DNA from: an uncultured Planctomycetales bacterium
GTDB lineage: Bacteria; Omnitrophota; Gorgyraeia; Gygaellales; Profunditerraquicolaceae
Assembly: GCA_964399915.1 (NCBI GenBank)
Contig: CAYNRN010000003.1
Span: forward strand, 2,064-66,063
Direction: 5' to 3'
DNA: 64,000 nt
Every line of letters begins with the position of its first letter. Positions within the stretch are counted from its first letter, which is position 1. Both the position numbers and the translations under genes were made by a program. The notes under the pieces are model-generated. The model was not told the DNA's origin, ran no database searches, and saw only the letters and a list, made by a program, of their open reading frames with translations. Below are positions 56,442-64,000 of this stretch, piece after piece.

Positions 56442-56555
56442 TTTCTTCTTGACAGGGCAGCCAAATTATAGTATTTTATTGTATCTTTTACTTTTCAGGA
56501 AATATCGTATCTTTACGATCTAAATCCCTCCTGAAATCGTATTCCCTTTTAAGAA

Positions 56556-57602
56556 ATGCTCAAAACTTATTATTGCGAATCCGCCCAACTCAAGACTTTC
56601 TATAACCTCTTAATAAAGAGTTTCCGCGTATTTTCGCCCGCCCCCAAAGAGTCCGTAAAAGGAGAAAAAGATTATTATTACCGCTTGGCCTCAGGCGAAG
56701 AGGAGCTTGTCTTTAACCCCTACAGGGTAGTTGAGCCGCTGAAATCGTTTTTTACCGCCCCCTTAGAAAAAGTAACGGATTATTTTACCCCCCAGGAAGA
56801 TGCCTCCCGGATAAATGAGAGAACAATCATCTTCGGGGTAAAGAGCTGCGATCTCCACGGCCATAAAATCCAGGATTATGTTTTTCTTGAAGGCGTGGAG
56901 GTAGATTCTTTATACGCCTTACGCAGGGAAAACACAATCCTCATCTCTTCCGATTGCACAGATTATAAGCAAGTCTGCCATTGCCTTGCCTGGTCGGTAA
57001 TGCCTTATCCCACGGAGGGATTTGATCTAAACCTAAGCCCCCTCAACGACGGATTCCTGGTTGATCTGGGTAGCTCCAAAGGGGAAGAGCTAATTGAGAA
57101 ATATAAAGAATTCTTTATGCTTGCTAAAGACAGCCAGATAGCCGCGCGCAAGGTCAAGCGACAGAATCTGGTAGAATGCCTCAAGAGGCACCTTTTGCCT
57201 CAAGGCCTGGTGGCGCAGGATAAAGCCCAGGAGGTCGTACGTTCGGGCTTTAGTTCCGAGACATGGAAAAAGTTTATGCTTACCTGCGTTGAGTGCGGAG
57301 GGTGTAACCTGATTTGCGACACCTGCCATTGTTTTCTGCTTGGCGACGCAAAGGCAGGCAATATAAACAAGAAGCTCAGGGTTTGGGATTCGTGTCTTTA
57401 CGCTAATTATGCCCGGGTTGCAGGAGGCGCAAACCCATTAAAAACCAGGGCGCAGCGTTTAAGGAACCGCTTTATCAAGAAGTTTGATTTTTTCGTGGAT
57501 AATATGGGTATTCCTGCCTGTTGCGGATGCGGCAGGTGTATCGAAGTCTGCCCGGGCAAGATCGATATCAGGGAAGTTTTGAAGGATTTAGCCAAGAAAT
57601 GA
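56556..57602 (+). CDS. AsrA / sulfhydrogenase beta-like 4Fe-4S subunit
   Basis: FGVKSCD, CHC, CVECGGCNLICDTCHCF, WDSC, GGANP, CCGCGRCIEVCP. Confidence 0.88.
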   Translation: MLKTYYCESAQLKTFYNLLIKSFRVFSPAPKESVKGEKDYYYRLASGEEELVFNPYRVVEPLKSFFTAPLEKVTDYFTPQEDASRINERTIIFGVKSCDLHGHKIQDYVFLEGVEVDSLYALRRENTILISSDCTDYKQVCHCLAWSVMPYPTEGFDLNLSPLNDGFLVDLGSSKGEELIEKYKEFFMLAKDSQIAARKVKRQNLVECLKRHLLPQGLVAQDKAQEVVRSGFSSETWKKFMLTCVECGGCNLICDTCHCFLLGDAKAGNINKKLRVWDSCLYANYARVAGGANPLKTRAQRLRNRFIKKFDFFVDNMGIPACCGCGRCIEVCPGKIDIREVLKDLAKK

Positions 57603-57653
57603 ACCCTGTTACAAATATGTAGCGGGGGAAGGAAGGATTTGTAACGGGGTGAA
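57599..57653. repeat. REP-like palindromic element (family A, copy 3)
   Basis: ACCCTGTTACAAAT (57603-57616) / ATTTGTAACGGGGT (57637-57650), flanked by ATGAA and GTGAA. Confidence 0.85.
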
Positions 57654-58464
57654 AAATATCTACCGGCCGATAGAGGGGACAATCGAAGAGATCATTGTCG
57701 AATCGCCGACAATAAAGACCTTCGTGATCAGGCCGAAGGAGGGTTTTTCCTTCAGGACCGGCCAGTTCGTAGAACTTACGCTCCCCGGCTTAGGCGAAGC
57801 GCCGTTTACCCCTTCGTCCGATCCCAATATCAAGGATAAGATTGATGTGACAATCATGAAGGCCGGGCATGTCACCTCGCTATTACACGCTGCCTCAAAG
57901 AATATCTCAGTAGGAATCCGCGGGCCCTACGGTAAGGGCTATCCTCTGGAGAGTTTCCAGGGTAAGGACATCTTAATCGTAGGCGGCGGAGTGGGGTTAG
58001 CGCCCCTGCGCTCTCTATTATTCAGCCTGTTTGCTACTATCGACCTTTATAATAAGGTAGTGCTGCGTTATGGTTCACGTTCGCCTGCGGATATAATCTA
58101 TAAAGGGGCTATCCCGCAATGGGGCAAAATGAAGAAAGTGGATGTGGTTACCTCGGTTGATGTGGGTTCGCCCGAATGGAAGGGGAACGTCGGTTTGGTC
58201 ACCACGATTTTAAACGACCTGCCGGTAGACCTAAAAAAAGCGGTAGCGATAGTCTGCGGCCCGCCGATTATGATGAAATTCGTGACCTTGAAGTTACTGG
58301 ATGTAGGTTTTAAGCCGAAGGATATATATCTTTCTATGGAGAAGAGTATGTCCTGCGGATTAGGTAAGTGCGGCCACTGCCGTATTGGCAAATATTACAT
58401 CTGTAAAGACGGCCCGGTGTTTACTTACGAGCAGTTGAAGGATGTGCACGATATCTGGGATTGA
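57649..58464 (+). CDS. AsrB / sulfhydrogenase gamma-like FAD/NAD(P)-binding 2Fe-2S subunit
   Basis: GQFV..PGLGEAPF, RGPYG, GGGVGLAPLR, CGPPIMM, MSCGLGKCGHC..CKDGPVF. Confidence 0.92.
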   Translation: MKNIYRPIEGTIEEIIVESPTIKTFVIRPKEGFSFRTGQFVELTLPGLGEAPFTPSSDPNIKDKIDVTIMKAGHVTSLLHAASKNISVGIRGPYGKGYPLESFQGKDILIVGGGVGLAPLRSLLFSLFATIDLYNKVVLRYGSRSPADIIYKGAIPQWGKMKKVDVVTSVDVGSPEWKGNVGLVTTILNDLPVDLKKAVAIVCGPPIMMKFVTLKLLDVGFKPKDIYLSMEKSMSCGLGKCGHCRIGKYYICKDGPVFTYEQLKDVHDIWD

Positions 58465-58958
58465 TGAAAAGACTATTCGTTGACCTCGACGTCTGTAACA
58501 GTTGTAAAGAATGCGTGGTACTTTGCGATTATTTTTACCATCCGCAGAACAACGGCATTGCTTCGCTTCGGGAATATGCCACCTTTGCGACGATTTGCCG
58601 CCATTGCGACGAGGCGCCCTGCGTCAACGCCTGCTATCATAATGCCCTGGAGCGAGCCGCAGACGGACACCTTAAGAGGTATAAGATGCGTTGCACCAGC
58701 TGTAAGGCCTGCAGCCTGGCTTGTCCGTTCGGTATAATCTTCCAAGATTTCATACCTTATCTTGACTCGCGCTGCGATTATTGCATAGGTTCAAAAGGCA
58801 GGCTTCCTAAATGCGTAACCAGCTGTACGCACAAAGCGGTTGAAATAAGGGAAGTAGAAGAGAGCTTAGAGAATAATATCTTTTTTGTGGGAGAACATCT
58901 GGCAGTACATTCGCGTAAGTGGTTGCGCGAAGATCTACAGCTGCCCAGAAAGAAGTAG
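58464..58958 (+). CDS. 4Fe-4S dicluster electron-transfer subunit (HycB/DmsB-like)
   Basis: CNSCKEC, CRHCDEAPCVNAC, CTSCKACSLACPFG, CDYC..PKCVTSC. Confidence 0.88.
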   Translation: MKRLFVDLDVCNSCKECVVLCDYFYHPQNNGIASLREYATFATICRHCDEAPCVNACYHNALERAADGHLKRYKMRCTSCKACSLACPFGIIFQDFIPYLDSRCDYCIGSKGRLPKCVTSCTHKAVEIREVEESLENNIFFVGEHLAVHSRKWLREDLQLPRKK

Positions 58959-58965
58959 CCAGGGA

Positions 58966-59021
58966 TGAGTAGTGGGTATTGAGGGCGGCCCTAACCCCTC
59001 ACTACTGGCTACTCACTACTA
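58966..59021. repeat. Inverted degenerate heptamer arrays
   Basis: TGAGTAGTGGGTATTGAGGG (58966-58985) vs CCCTCACTACTGGCTACTCA (58996-59015), 16/20 complementary. Confidence 0.75.
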
Positions 59022-59023
59022 AC

Positions 59024-59938
59024 ATGTTGAAATCATTTTTTTATTATTTTATATTTCCCGGTTTCCTCTTTGCCGCCTCTGTCGGCTTAATCGCCGGCTG
59101 GGTTGACAGAAAGGTCACCGCGCGGCTGCAGTGGCGTAAAGGCCCGCCATGGCATCAGAATTTTACTGATATTGTCAAGTTAATAGGCAAGGAAGTAATC
59201 GTGCCTGCCAACGGCAGGTGGGTATTTTTACTTGCCCCTTTTATCGGGTTACTGGCTGCTTCTCTTGTGGCTGCGCTAGTCGGGGTCTCTATAATTCATC
59301 CTCAGCAGAGTTTTGTCGGAGACTTGATCGTAGTGCTCTACCTTTTAACCATTCCGGCGATATCCATGATTATTGCCGCCTCGAGCTGCGGTAATCCGCT
59401 TGCTTCCGTAGGCGCTTCCCGGGAGATAAAGCTAGTCTTAGGATATGAATTACCTTTTATAATTTCTATAGTGGCGATGGCCATTAAATCATCCGGCGCC
59501 ATCCAGCTGGGTTCAATTCTTAATATCCAGGCTGCTTATGGTTCAAACATAGCCTCCTGGTCGGGATTCTTCGCCTTTATAGTTGTCATTTTCTGTATTC
59601 AGGCGAAACTTGGGTTTGTCCCCTTTGACGCTTCCGAGGCGGAGCAGGAGATTGTCGGAGGCGTTTTGATAGACTATTCCGGAGTACTGCTTGCGTTATT
59701 CAAGCTTACCAAGGCAGTGCTTCTATATACGCTGCCGCTCTTTATGATAATACTTTTCATGGGTAAAGATTTGAGCCTGTTGTTTCTGGCGCTTAAATAT
59801 ACGGGTATACTGGTAATCATTATCCTGATAAAAAATACCAATCCCCGATTGCGCATTGATCAGGCAATGAGGTTTTTCTGGGGGCCGGTAACGCTATTAG
59901 CGATAGCAGCATTAATACTGGCGTCAATTGGACTATAA
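59024..59938 (+). CDS. NuoH/HycD-like membrane subunit
   Basis: DRKVTARLQWRKGPP, DIVKLIGKE, ASVGASRE, PFD.SEAEQE, NPRLRIDQ. Confidence 0.93.
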   Translation: MLKSFFYYFIFPGFLFAASVGLIAGWVDRKVTARLQWRKGPPWHQNFTDIVKLIGKEVIVPANGRWVFLLAPFIGLLAASLVAALVGVSIIHPQQSFVGDLIVVLYLLTIPAISMIIAASSCGNPLASVGASREIKLVLGYELPFIISIVAMAIKSSGAIQLGSILNIQAAYGSNIASWSGFFAFIVVIFCIQAKLGFVPFDASEAEQEIVGGVLIDYSGVLLALFKLTKAVLLYTLPLFMIILFMGKDLSLLFLALKYTGILVIIILIKNTNPRLRIDQAMRFFWGPVTLLAIAALILASIGL

Positions 59939-59949
59939 TATATAACCGC

Positions 59950-60005
59950 AGGTCAAGGTTAAGGTTGGGGTCGAGAAATAAAACCTAGACCTTGACCTAG
60001 GCCTT
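59950..60005. repeat. Inverted hexamer (AGGTYR) arrays
   Basis: AGGTCAAGGTTAAGGTT (59950-59966) vs AACCTAGACCTTGACCT (59982-59998), 15/17 complementary. Confidence 0.75.
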
Positions 60006-60010
60006 AGAAT

Positions 60011-60433
60011 ATGAATCTTACATCAAAAGCACTAACCAAATCAATCGGGGTATTCCACGCGGCCTGCTCTCCGTGCAATAACTGCGATATCGAGATACTG
60101 GATGCGCTCACCCCGAAACACGACCTTGAGCGGTTTGGGATTACCCTTGTGGGCAGCGCCCGCCATGCAGATGTGCTTTTAGTTACCGGTGTGCCGAACT
60201 ATAAAACCGCCGAGAGGCTGAAAAAACTTTATTTACAGACCGCAAAGCCGTGTCTGGTAGTTGCCGTCGGAGGCTGTGCCTGCGGGAGGATCATGTTCAG
60301 GGATTCATACAATAGCCCCTGCGCTGTTGACGAAATCGTGCCGGTAGACCTTTACATACCGGGTTGTCCGCCGAAGCCGGAGGCGTTGATTGCCGGAGTA
60401 GTGAAGTTACTCGCCAAGCTTAGAGGAAAATAA
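60011..60433 (+). CDS. Group 4 [NiFe] hydrogenase small subunit (NuoB/EchC-like)
   Basis: CNNCDIE, DLERFG, RHADVLLVTG, GGCA, PVDLYIPGCPPKPE. Confidence 0.92.
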   Translation: MNLTSKALTKSIGVFHAACSPCNNCDIEILDALTPKHDLERFGITLVGSARHADVLLVTGVPNYKTAERLKKLYLQTAKPCLVVAVGGCACGRIMFRDSYNSPCAVDEIVPVDLYIPGCPPKPEALIAGVVKLLAKLRGK

Positions 60434-60435
60434 AT

Positions 60436-60867
60436 ATGCAGGAAACAGTAGCGAAATTCCGGGAAAAATTCAGCAATCAGGTTATAAAGTCGCAAGAGAA
60501 ATCAACCCGCAGGCAGTATATAGAATTTTTACCACCGGATATTCCGGAGGCAGCGCGTTTTTTGTTCAAAGACCTCAATTGCCGTTTTGCCACTGCCAGC
60601 GGCATCGATACCCCCGAAGGAATAGAAATATTGTATCATTTCTCCGATGACCATACCGGAGAGGTGATCAGTCTGCGCACTATACTTACCGATAAAAAGG
60701 ACCCTCAGATACATTCCATCGCGACAATATTTCCGGCAGCGGAATGGATAGAGAGGGAAATCTGGGAATTGTTGGGAGTAAAATTTATCGGCCATCCCAA
60801 TTTGAAGCACCTGCTTTTAATTGACGATTGGCCGGAAGGAAAACACCCTTTGAGGAAGAAAGAATGA
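60436..60867 (+). CDS. NuoC-like subunit
   Basis: EILYHF, SIATIFPAAEWIEREIWELLGVKFIGHP, PLRK. Confidence 0.92.
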   Translation: MQETVAKFREKFSNQVIKSQEKSTRRQYIEFLPPDIPEAARFLFKDLNCRFATASGIDTPEGIEILYHFSDDHTGEVISLRTILTDKKDPQIHSIATIFPAAEWIEREIWELLGVKFIGHPNLKHLLLIDDWPEGKHPLRKKE

Positions 60868-62069
60868 GCCATAAAGTCATCGTACCCATAGGCCCGTACC
60901 ACCCTTTGCAGGAAGAGCCGGAATTTTTCCGCCTTTATGTGGAAGGGGAGAAGGTAGTTGATATTGATATCGTAATCGGATATATGCACCGCGGGATAGA
61001 GGAGCTTTCTGAGCATAAACACTTTGATCAGGTAGCTTTTTTAGTAGAGCGTATCTGCGGGATCTGTTCTTCGAGCCACCCCTATGCCTTTGTACTGGCA
61101 GTGGAAGATATTTTAGGAGGAGAGAGGAATGTCGTTCCGGAAAGGGCACTCTACATCCGCACCATAGTAGATGAGATGCAGCGTATCCACAGCCACCTGC
61201 TTTGGCTTGGGCTTGCGGGCCATTTTATCGGTTATAACACGGTATGGATGTGGGCATGGAAATACCGCGAGCCGCTGTTAGAGTGTTTTGAAGCGATCTG
61301 CGGCAACCGCAACCACTATGCGATGAGTAAGATCGGAGGCGTGCGCCGCGACATAGGAGAAGCGCATATACCGGTACTTGAAAAGACCTTAGATGAATTA
61401 AGCAGGGCAAGTGATATGTTCAAGGGCGCTGTGATGGATGACCCGGTGATTCAGGCGCGGCTTAAAGGCGTGGGGGTATTGACGCATAAGCAGGCAATTG
61501 ACTGGGGTACCGTAGGCCCTACTGCAAGGGCTTCCGGCGTAAACATCGACGTGCGCAGGGATGATCCTTACGGTGTTTACGACAGGGTAAGCTGGAATGT
61601 AATTTTACAGAAGGAAGGGGATGTCTTTGCCAAGACCATAGTCCGGATACTGGAGCTTTACGAATCGATCAGCATTATCCGCCAGTGCCTTAAAAAGATG
61701 CCTGCCGGAGCGATTGACGCCGATATTAAAGATATCCCTGCGGGAGAGGGGATAGGCAGGGTAGAGGCTCCGCGCGGAGAGTGCTTCCACTATATCAGGA
61801 GCGACGGCACAAACCGCCCGCTCAGGCATAAGATACGCGCCCCCAGCTACATGAACGTTGCTTCTAATAAAGTAGCGGCAATAGGCCAGACTATTTCCGA
61901 CACTACGATTACCTTAGCGGCAGTCGATCCCTGTTATTGCTGTACTGAGCGTGTAGCGGTATTGGATAAAGTCAACGATAAGAAGATCATGAACGGATGG
62001 GACCTGATTAAATTATCGCAAGGCAAGACAAAGCAGGTCCGGGAGAGCTTAAGTGCAAAACCTGAATAA
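60864..62069 (+). CDS. Group 4 [NiFe] hydrogenase large subunit
   Basis: GPYHP, GYMHRGIE, L1 ERICGICSSSH, EAPRGE, L2 DPCYCCTER plus C-terminal extension. Confidence 0.93.
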   Translation: MSHKVIVPIGPYHPLQEEPEFFRLYVEGEKVVDIDIVIGYMHRGIEELSEHKHFDQVAFLVERICGICSSSHPYAFVLAVEDILGGERNVVPERALYIRTIVDEMQRIHSHLLWLGLAGHFIGYNTVWMWAWKYREPLLECFEAICGNRNHYAMSKIGGVRRDIGEAHIPVLEKTLDELSRASDMFKGAVMDDPVIQARLKGVGVLTHKQAIDWGTVGPTARASGVNIDVRRDDPYGVYDRVSWNVILQKEGDVFAKTIVRILELYESISIIRQCLKKMPAGAIDADIKDIPAGEGIGRVEAPRGECFHYIRSDGTNRPLRHKIRAPSYMNVASNKVAAIGQTISDTTITLAAVDPCYCCTERVAVLDKVNDKKIMNGWDLIKLSQGKTKQVRESLSAKPE

Positions 62070-62670
62070 TATAAAATCAGAGATTGTCGGCATGGCAAAG
62101 ATCGCGCTGGAGATGTGGAGGATAACCTTTCAATCCTTCATGGAGCATGACCCGGAACTCTTCCCGCAGATTACCGAAAGGGAGAATAAGCTCAATGACC
62201 TGGAAAAGAGCCTGACTCAGCAGCTGGTGGAACTGAGCAAGGCCACAAAGGATAAGGCCGAAAAAGAAAATATCGCGCTTTTTACGGGAATAGTCGGCGA
62301 TATTGAGCTGATCGGAGATTACTGCAAGGATATCCTTGAACGGATAGAGATCAAGGTTCAGGAAAAGCTGCTCTTTAGCGAAGACGCAGTAGCCGAATAT
62401 AAAGAATTGTACCAGAAAACAGCGGATGCCCTTGAGGAAGTAGTGCGTGCGCTTGAAAAGGGGCGCCTTACTTTGGCAAAAGAGATAGTCAGGGAATCCG
62501 CGGATATAGAGCGGCTCGTCGAACATTACCGTAAGCATCATAATCAGAGGCTGCTTGAAGGTATCTGCAGTCCGTTTGCCTGTAATATGTTTTTAAACAT
62601 GATAGATTTTACCGCGGCTATCTACTTCCATACTAAGAAGATAGCAGAGAATTTGACCAGGATAAAATAA
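62053..62670 (+). CDS. PhoU-like domain protein
   Basis: Two helical repeats E.KLNDLEK..DIELIGDYCKDI / H..RL..G.C; resembles the PhoU domains of Na/Pi cotransporters. Confidence 0.75.
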   Translation: MQNLNNIKSEIVGMAKIALEMWRITFQSFMEHDPELFPQITERENKLNDLEKSLTQQLVELSKATKDKAEKENIALFTGIVGDIELIGDYCKDILERIEIKVQEKLLFSEDAVAEYKELYQKTADALEEVVRALEKGRLTLAKEIVRESADIERLVEHYRKHHNQRLLEGICSPFACNMFLNMIDFTAAIYFHTKKIAENLTRIK

Positions 62671-64000
62671 TGAATTATATGTTTTCGGCTATAGCGATTC
62701 CGCTTCTGGGGGCTTTTCTGATTATCCTGCTGCCCGGGAGGATTAAGGCTTATGCTTCGGTATCGGCTTTAGGTTTGAGCTGTTTTTTCAGCGTGCTTGC
62801 CGCCGTAAGCGTGCTTAAGCTAAAGGTATTCGTTTCCGAAAGATACATCACAGACTGGCTGAGCATATCTTTTGCCGCAGACGGTACGGCGGTTTTCATG
62901 GCGATAGTTTCATCGTTTGTAGCGTTTTTAATCTCTCTCTATTCCCTGGAGTACATGAAGGATTACGAAAACAGGGGAGAGTTCTATTTCTGGATGGTTT
63001 TATTCGTAGGCTCGATGATGGGGTTGATCTTCAGCGCCAACCTTATGCTCTTATACTGTTTCTGGGAGATTACCGCAGTCTGTTCTTGGAGGCTGATCGG
63101 GTTCTACAGGAAAGAAAAGGACCTTAAAGCGGCAGACAGGGCGTTTATGATTACCTTTTTCGGGGCATCGCTTTTGCTGGTGGGGATAGTTTTAACTTAC
63201 CTTAATTATTCAAGCACCGACATGTTTTTCTTAAGAGATAAGGCGCTGGTGAATACGGTCGCCTTTTTATTTTTAGCGGGGATAATCTCTAAGTCAGCGC
63301 AATTGCCGCTGCAGACCTGGCTTCCCGATGCCGGTGTCGCCCCGACGCCGGTTACCGCGCTTTTACACGCTGCAGTCCTGGTCAAAATCGGGGTTTATGT
63401 CTTTGCCCGGCTTTTTAACCTCACCTTTATTGCCTCTCCTTTATTTATGAACACCGCAATTTTTATCTCGGTATCCACGATAATCGTGGCAGGGGCTTGT
63501 GCCTTGATAGAGAATAATCTGAAAAAAATCCTGGCGTATTCTACGATCAGCCAGCTGGGCTATATCCTGCTTGCTTTGTCTTTAAACTCGGCGCTTTCCC
63601 TTAAGATCGCCCTGCTTTATATCCTGGCGCATTCTTTAGCTAAAGCCGGGCTGTTTCTTTGCGCCGGCATAGTTGAACACGAAAGCGGCACTAAGGATAT
63701 CAACGAGCTGGGAGGCCTGGCTAAGACCATGCCCCTTACTGCAACAGCCTTTCTTTTATCGGCTTTTTCTATCGTCGGAATCCCTCCTTTTTTAGGATTT
63801 TGGCCGAAGTTTATGGTAGTGGTTACGGCGCTGACAACCGGACATGCCATCGCCGGCGTATTTGCGATAATCGGGGCGCTCTTTACGCTGCTCTATCTTT
63901 TTAGGTTATTTGATAAGGTATTTTTAGGCGGTCAAAAGATCAGCGCCCGTGAAGGCAAAAACTCATTGATGGTATTAGTGGTGATGATTCTTGGCGTCCT
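62670..64000 (+). CDS. NuoL/MnhA-type antiporter-like membrane subunit (runs off the window)
   Basis: ATG 62670; FWEITAVCSW, KSAQLPLQTWLPDA..APTPVTALLHAA, LKKILAYSTISQLG, KAGLFL; not in the ORF track because there is no stop. Confidence 0.9.
   Translation, partial: MNYMFSAIAIPLLGAFLIILLPGRIKAYASVSALGLSCFFSVLAAVSVLKLKVFVSERYITDWLSISFAADGTAVFMAIVSSFVAFLISLYSLEYMKDYENRGEFYFWMVLFVGSMMGLIFSANLMLLYCFWEITAVCSWRLIGFYRKEKDLKAADRAFMITFFGASLLLVGIVLTYLNYSSTDMFFLRDKALVNTVAFLFLAGIISKSAQLPLQTWLPDAGVAPTPVTALLHAAVLVKIGVYVFARLFNLTFIASPLFMNTAIFISVSTIIVAGACALIENNLKKILAYSTISQLGYILLALSLNSALSLKIALLYILAHSLAKAGLFLCAGIVEHESGTKDINELGGLAKTMPLTATAFLLSAFSIVGIPPFLGFWPKFMVVVTALTTGHAIAGVFAIIGALFTLLYLFRLFDKVFLGGQKISAREGKNSLMVLVVMILGV

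Noticed and set aside
60864-62069. Annotation as complex I NuoD, or a selenocysteine-containing hydrogenase
   Set aside because: Both Ni-binding CxxC motifs are present, and all ligands are Cys codons with no in-frame TGA
1585-63850. Many short antisense or alternative-frame ORFs in the track (e.g. 8050-8622, 8837-9517, 19816-20400, 41551-42159, 54044-54790)
   Set aside because: They overlap well-supported genes and show no recognisable motifs; shadow ORFs
1-64000. tRNA, rRNA, tmRNA, integrase or transposase genes
   Set aside because: None recognisable; intergenic gaps are short and explained by promoters or hairpins

Overview
Gene-dense, almost entirely + strand chromosomal segment of a diderm anaerobic bacterium. 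The bamD-lptE-holA-rpsT-murJ order, gene content and repeat types suggest a PVC-superphylum organism, probably Omnitrophota (inference). Main blocks: (1) the end of a probable mobile element (RHH gene) abutting a 5'-truncated comEC; (2) envelope/housekeeping genes including a frameshifted prfB, secA and lnt; (3) transport and cofactor genes (CDF, BioY, ZIP, FeoAB, thiM/thiE); (4) an Rrf2-led O2/NO defence operon (rubredoxin, FprA, SOR, ferritin-like, Grx, TrxB); (5) a CdaA-YbbR fusion followed by trehalose genes; (6) an Rrf2-cysK-nfu-homocysteine synthase-larE-nifS-birA sulfur operon; (7) a TonB receptor behind a BirA-type operator and a structured leader; (8) a group 4 [NiFe] hydrogenase operon with AsrA/B-like and PhoU-like genes, running off the right edge. 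Features absent from the ORF track include a rubredoxin, a bL37-like ribosomal peptide, a 27-aa leader ORF, REP-like inserts at ATGA gene overlaps and inverted arrays of 6-7-mer repeats. No rRNA, tRNA or CRISPR array was seen. All calls come from motif recognition without database searches.
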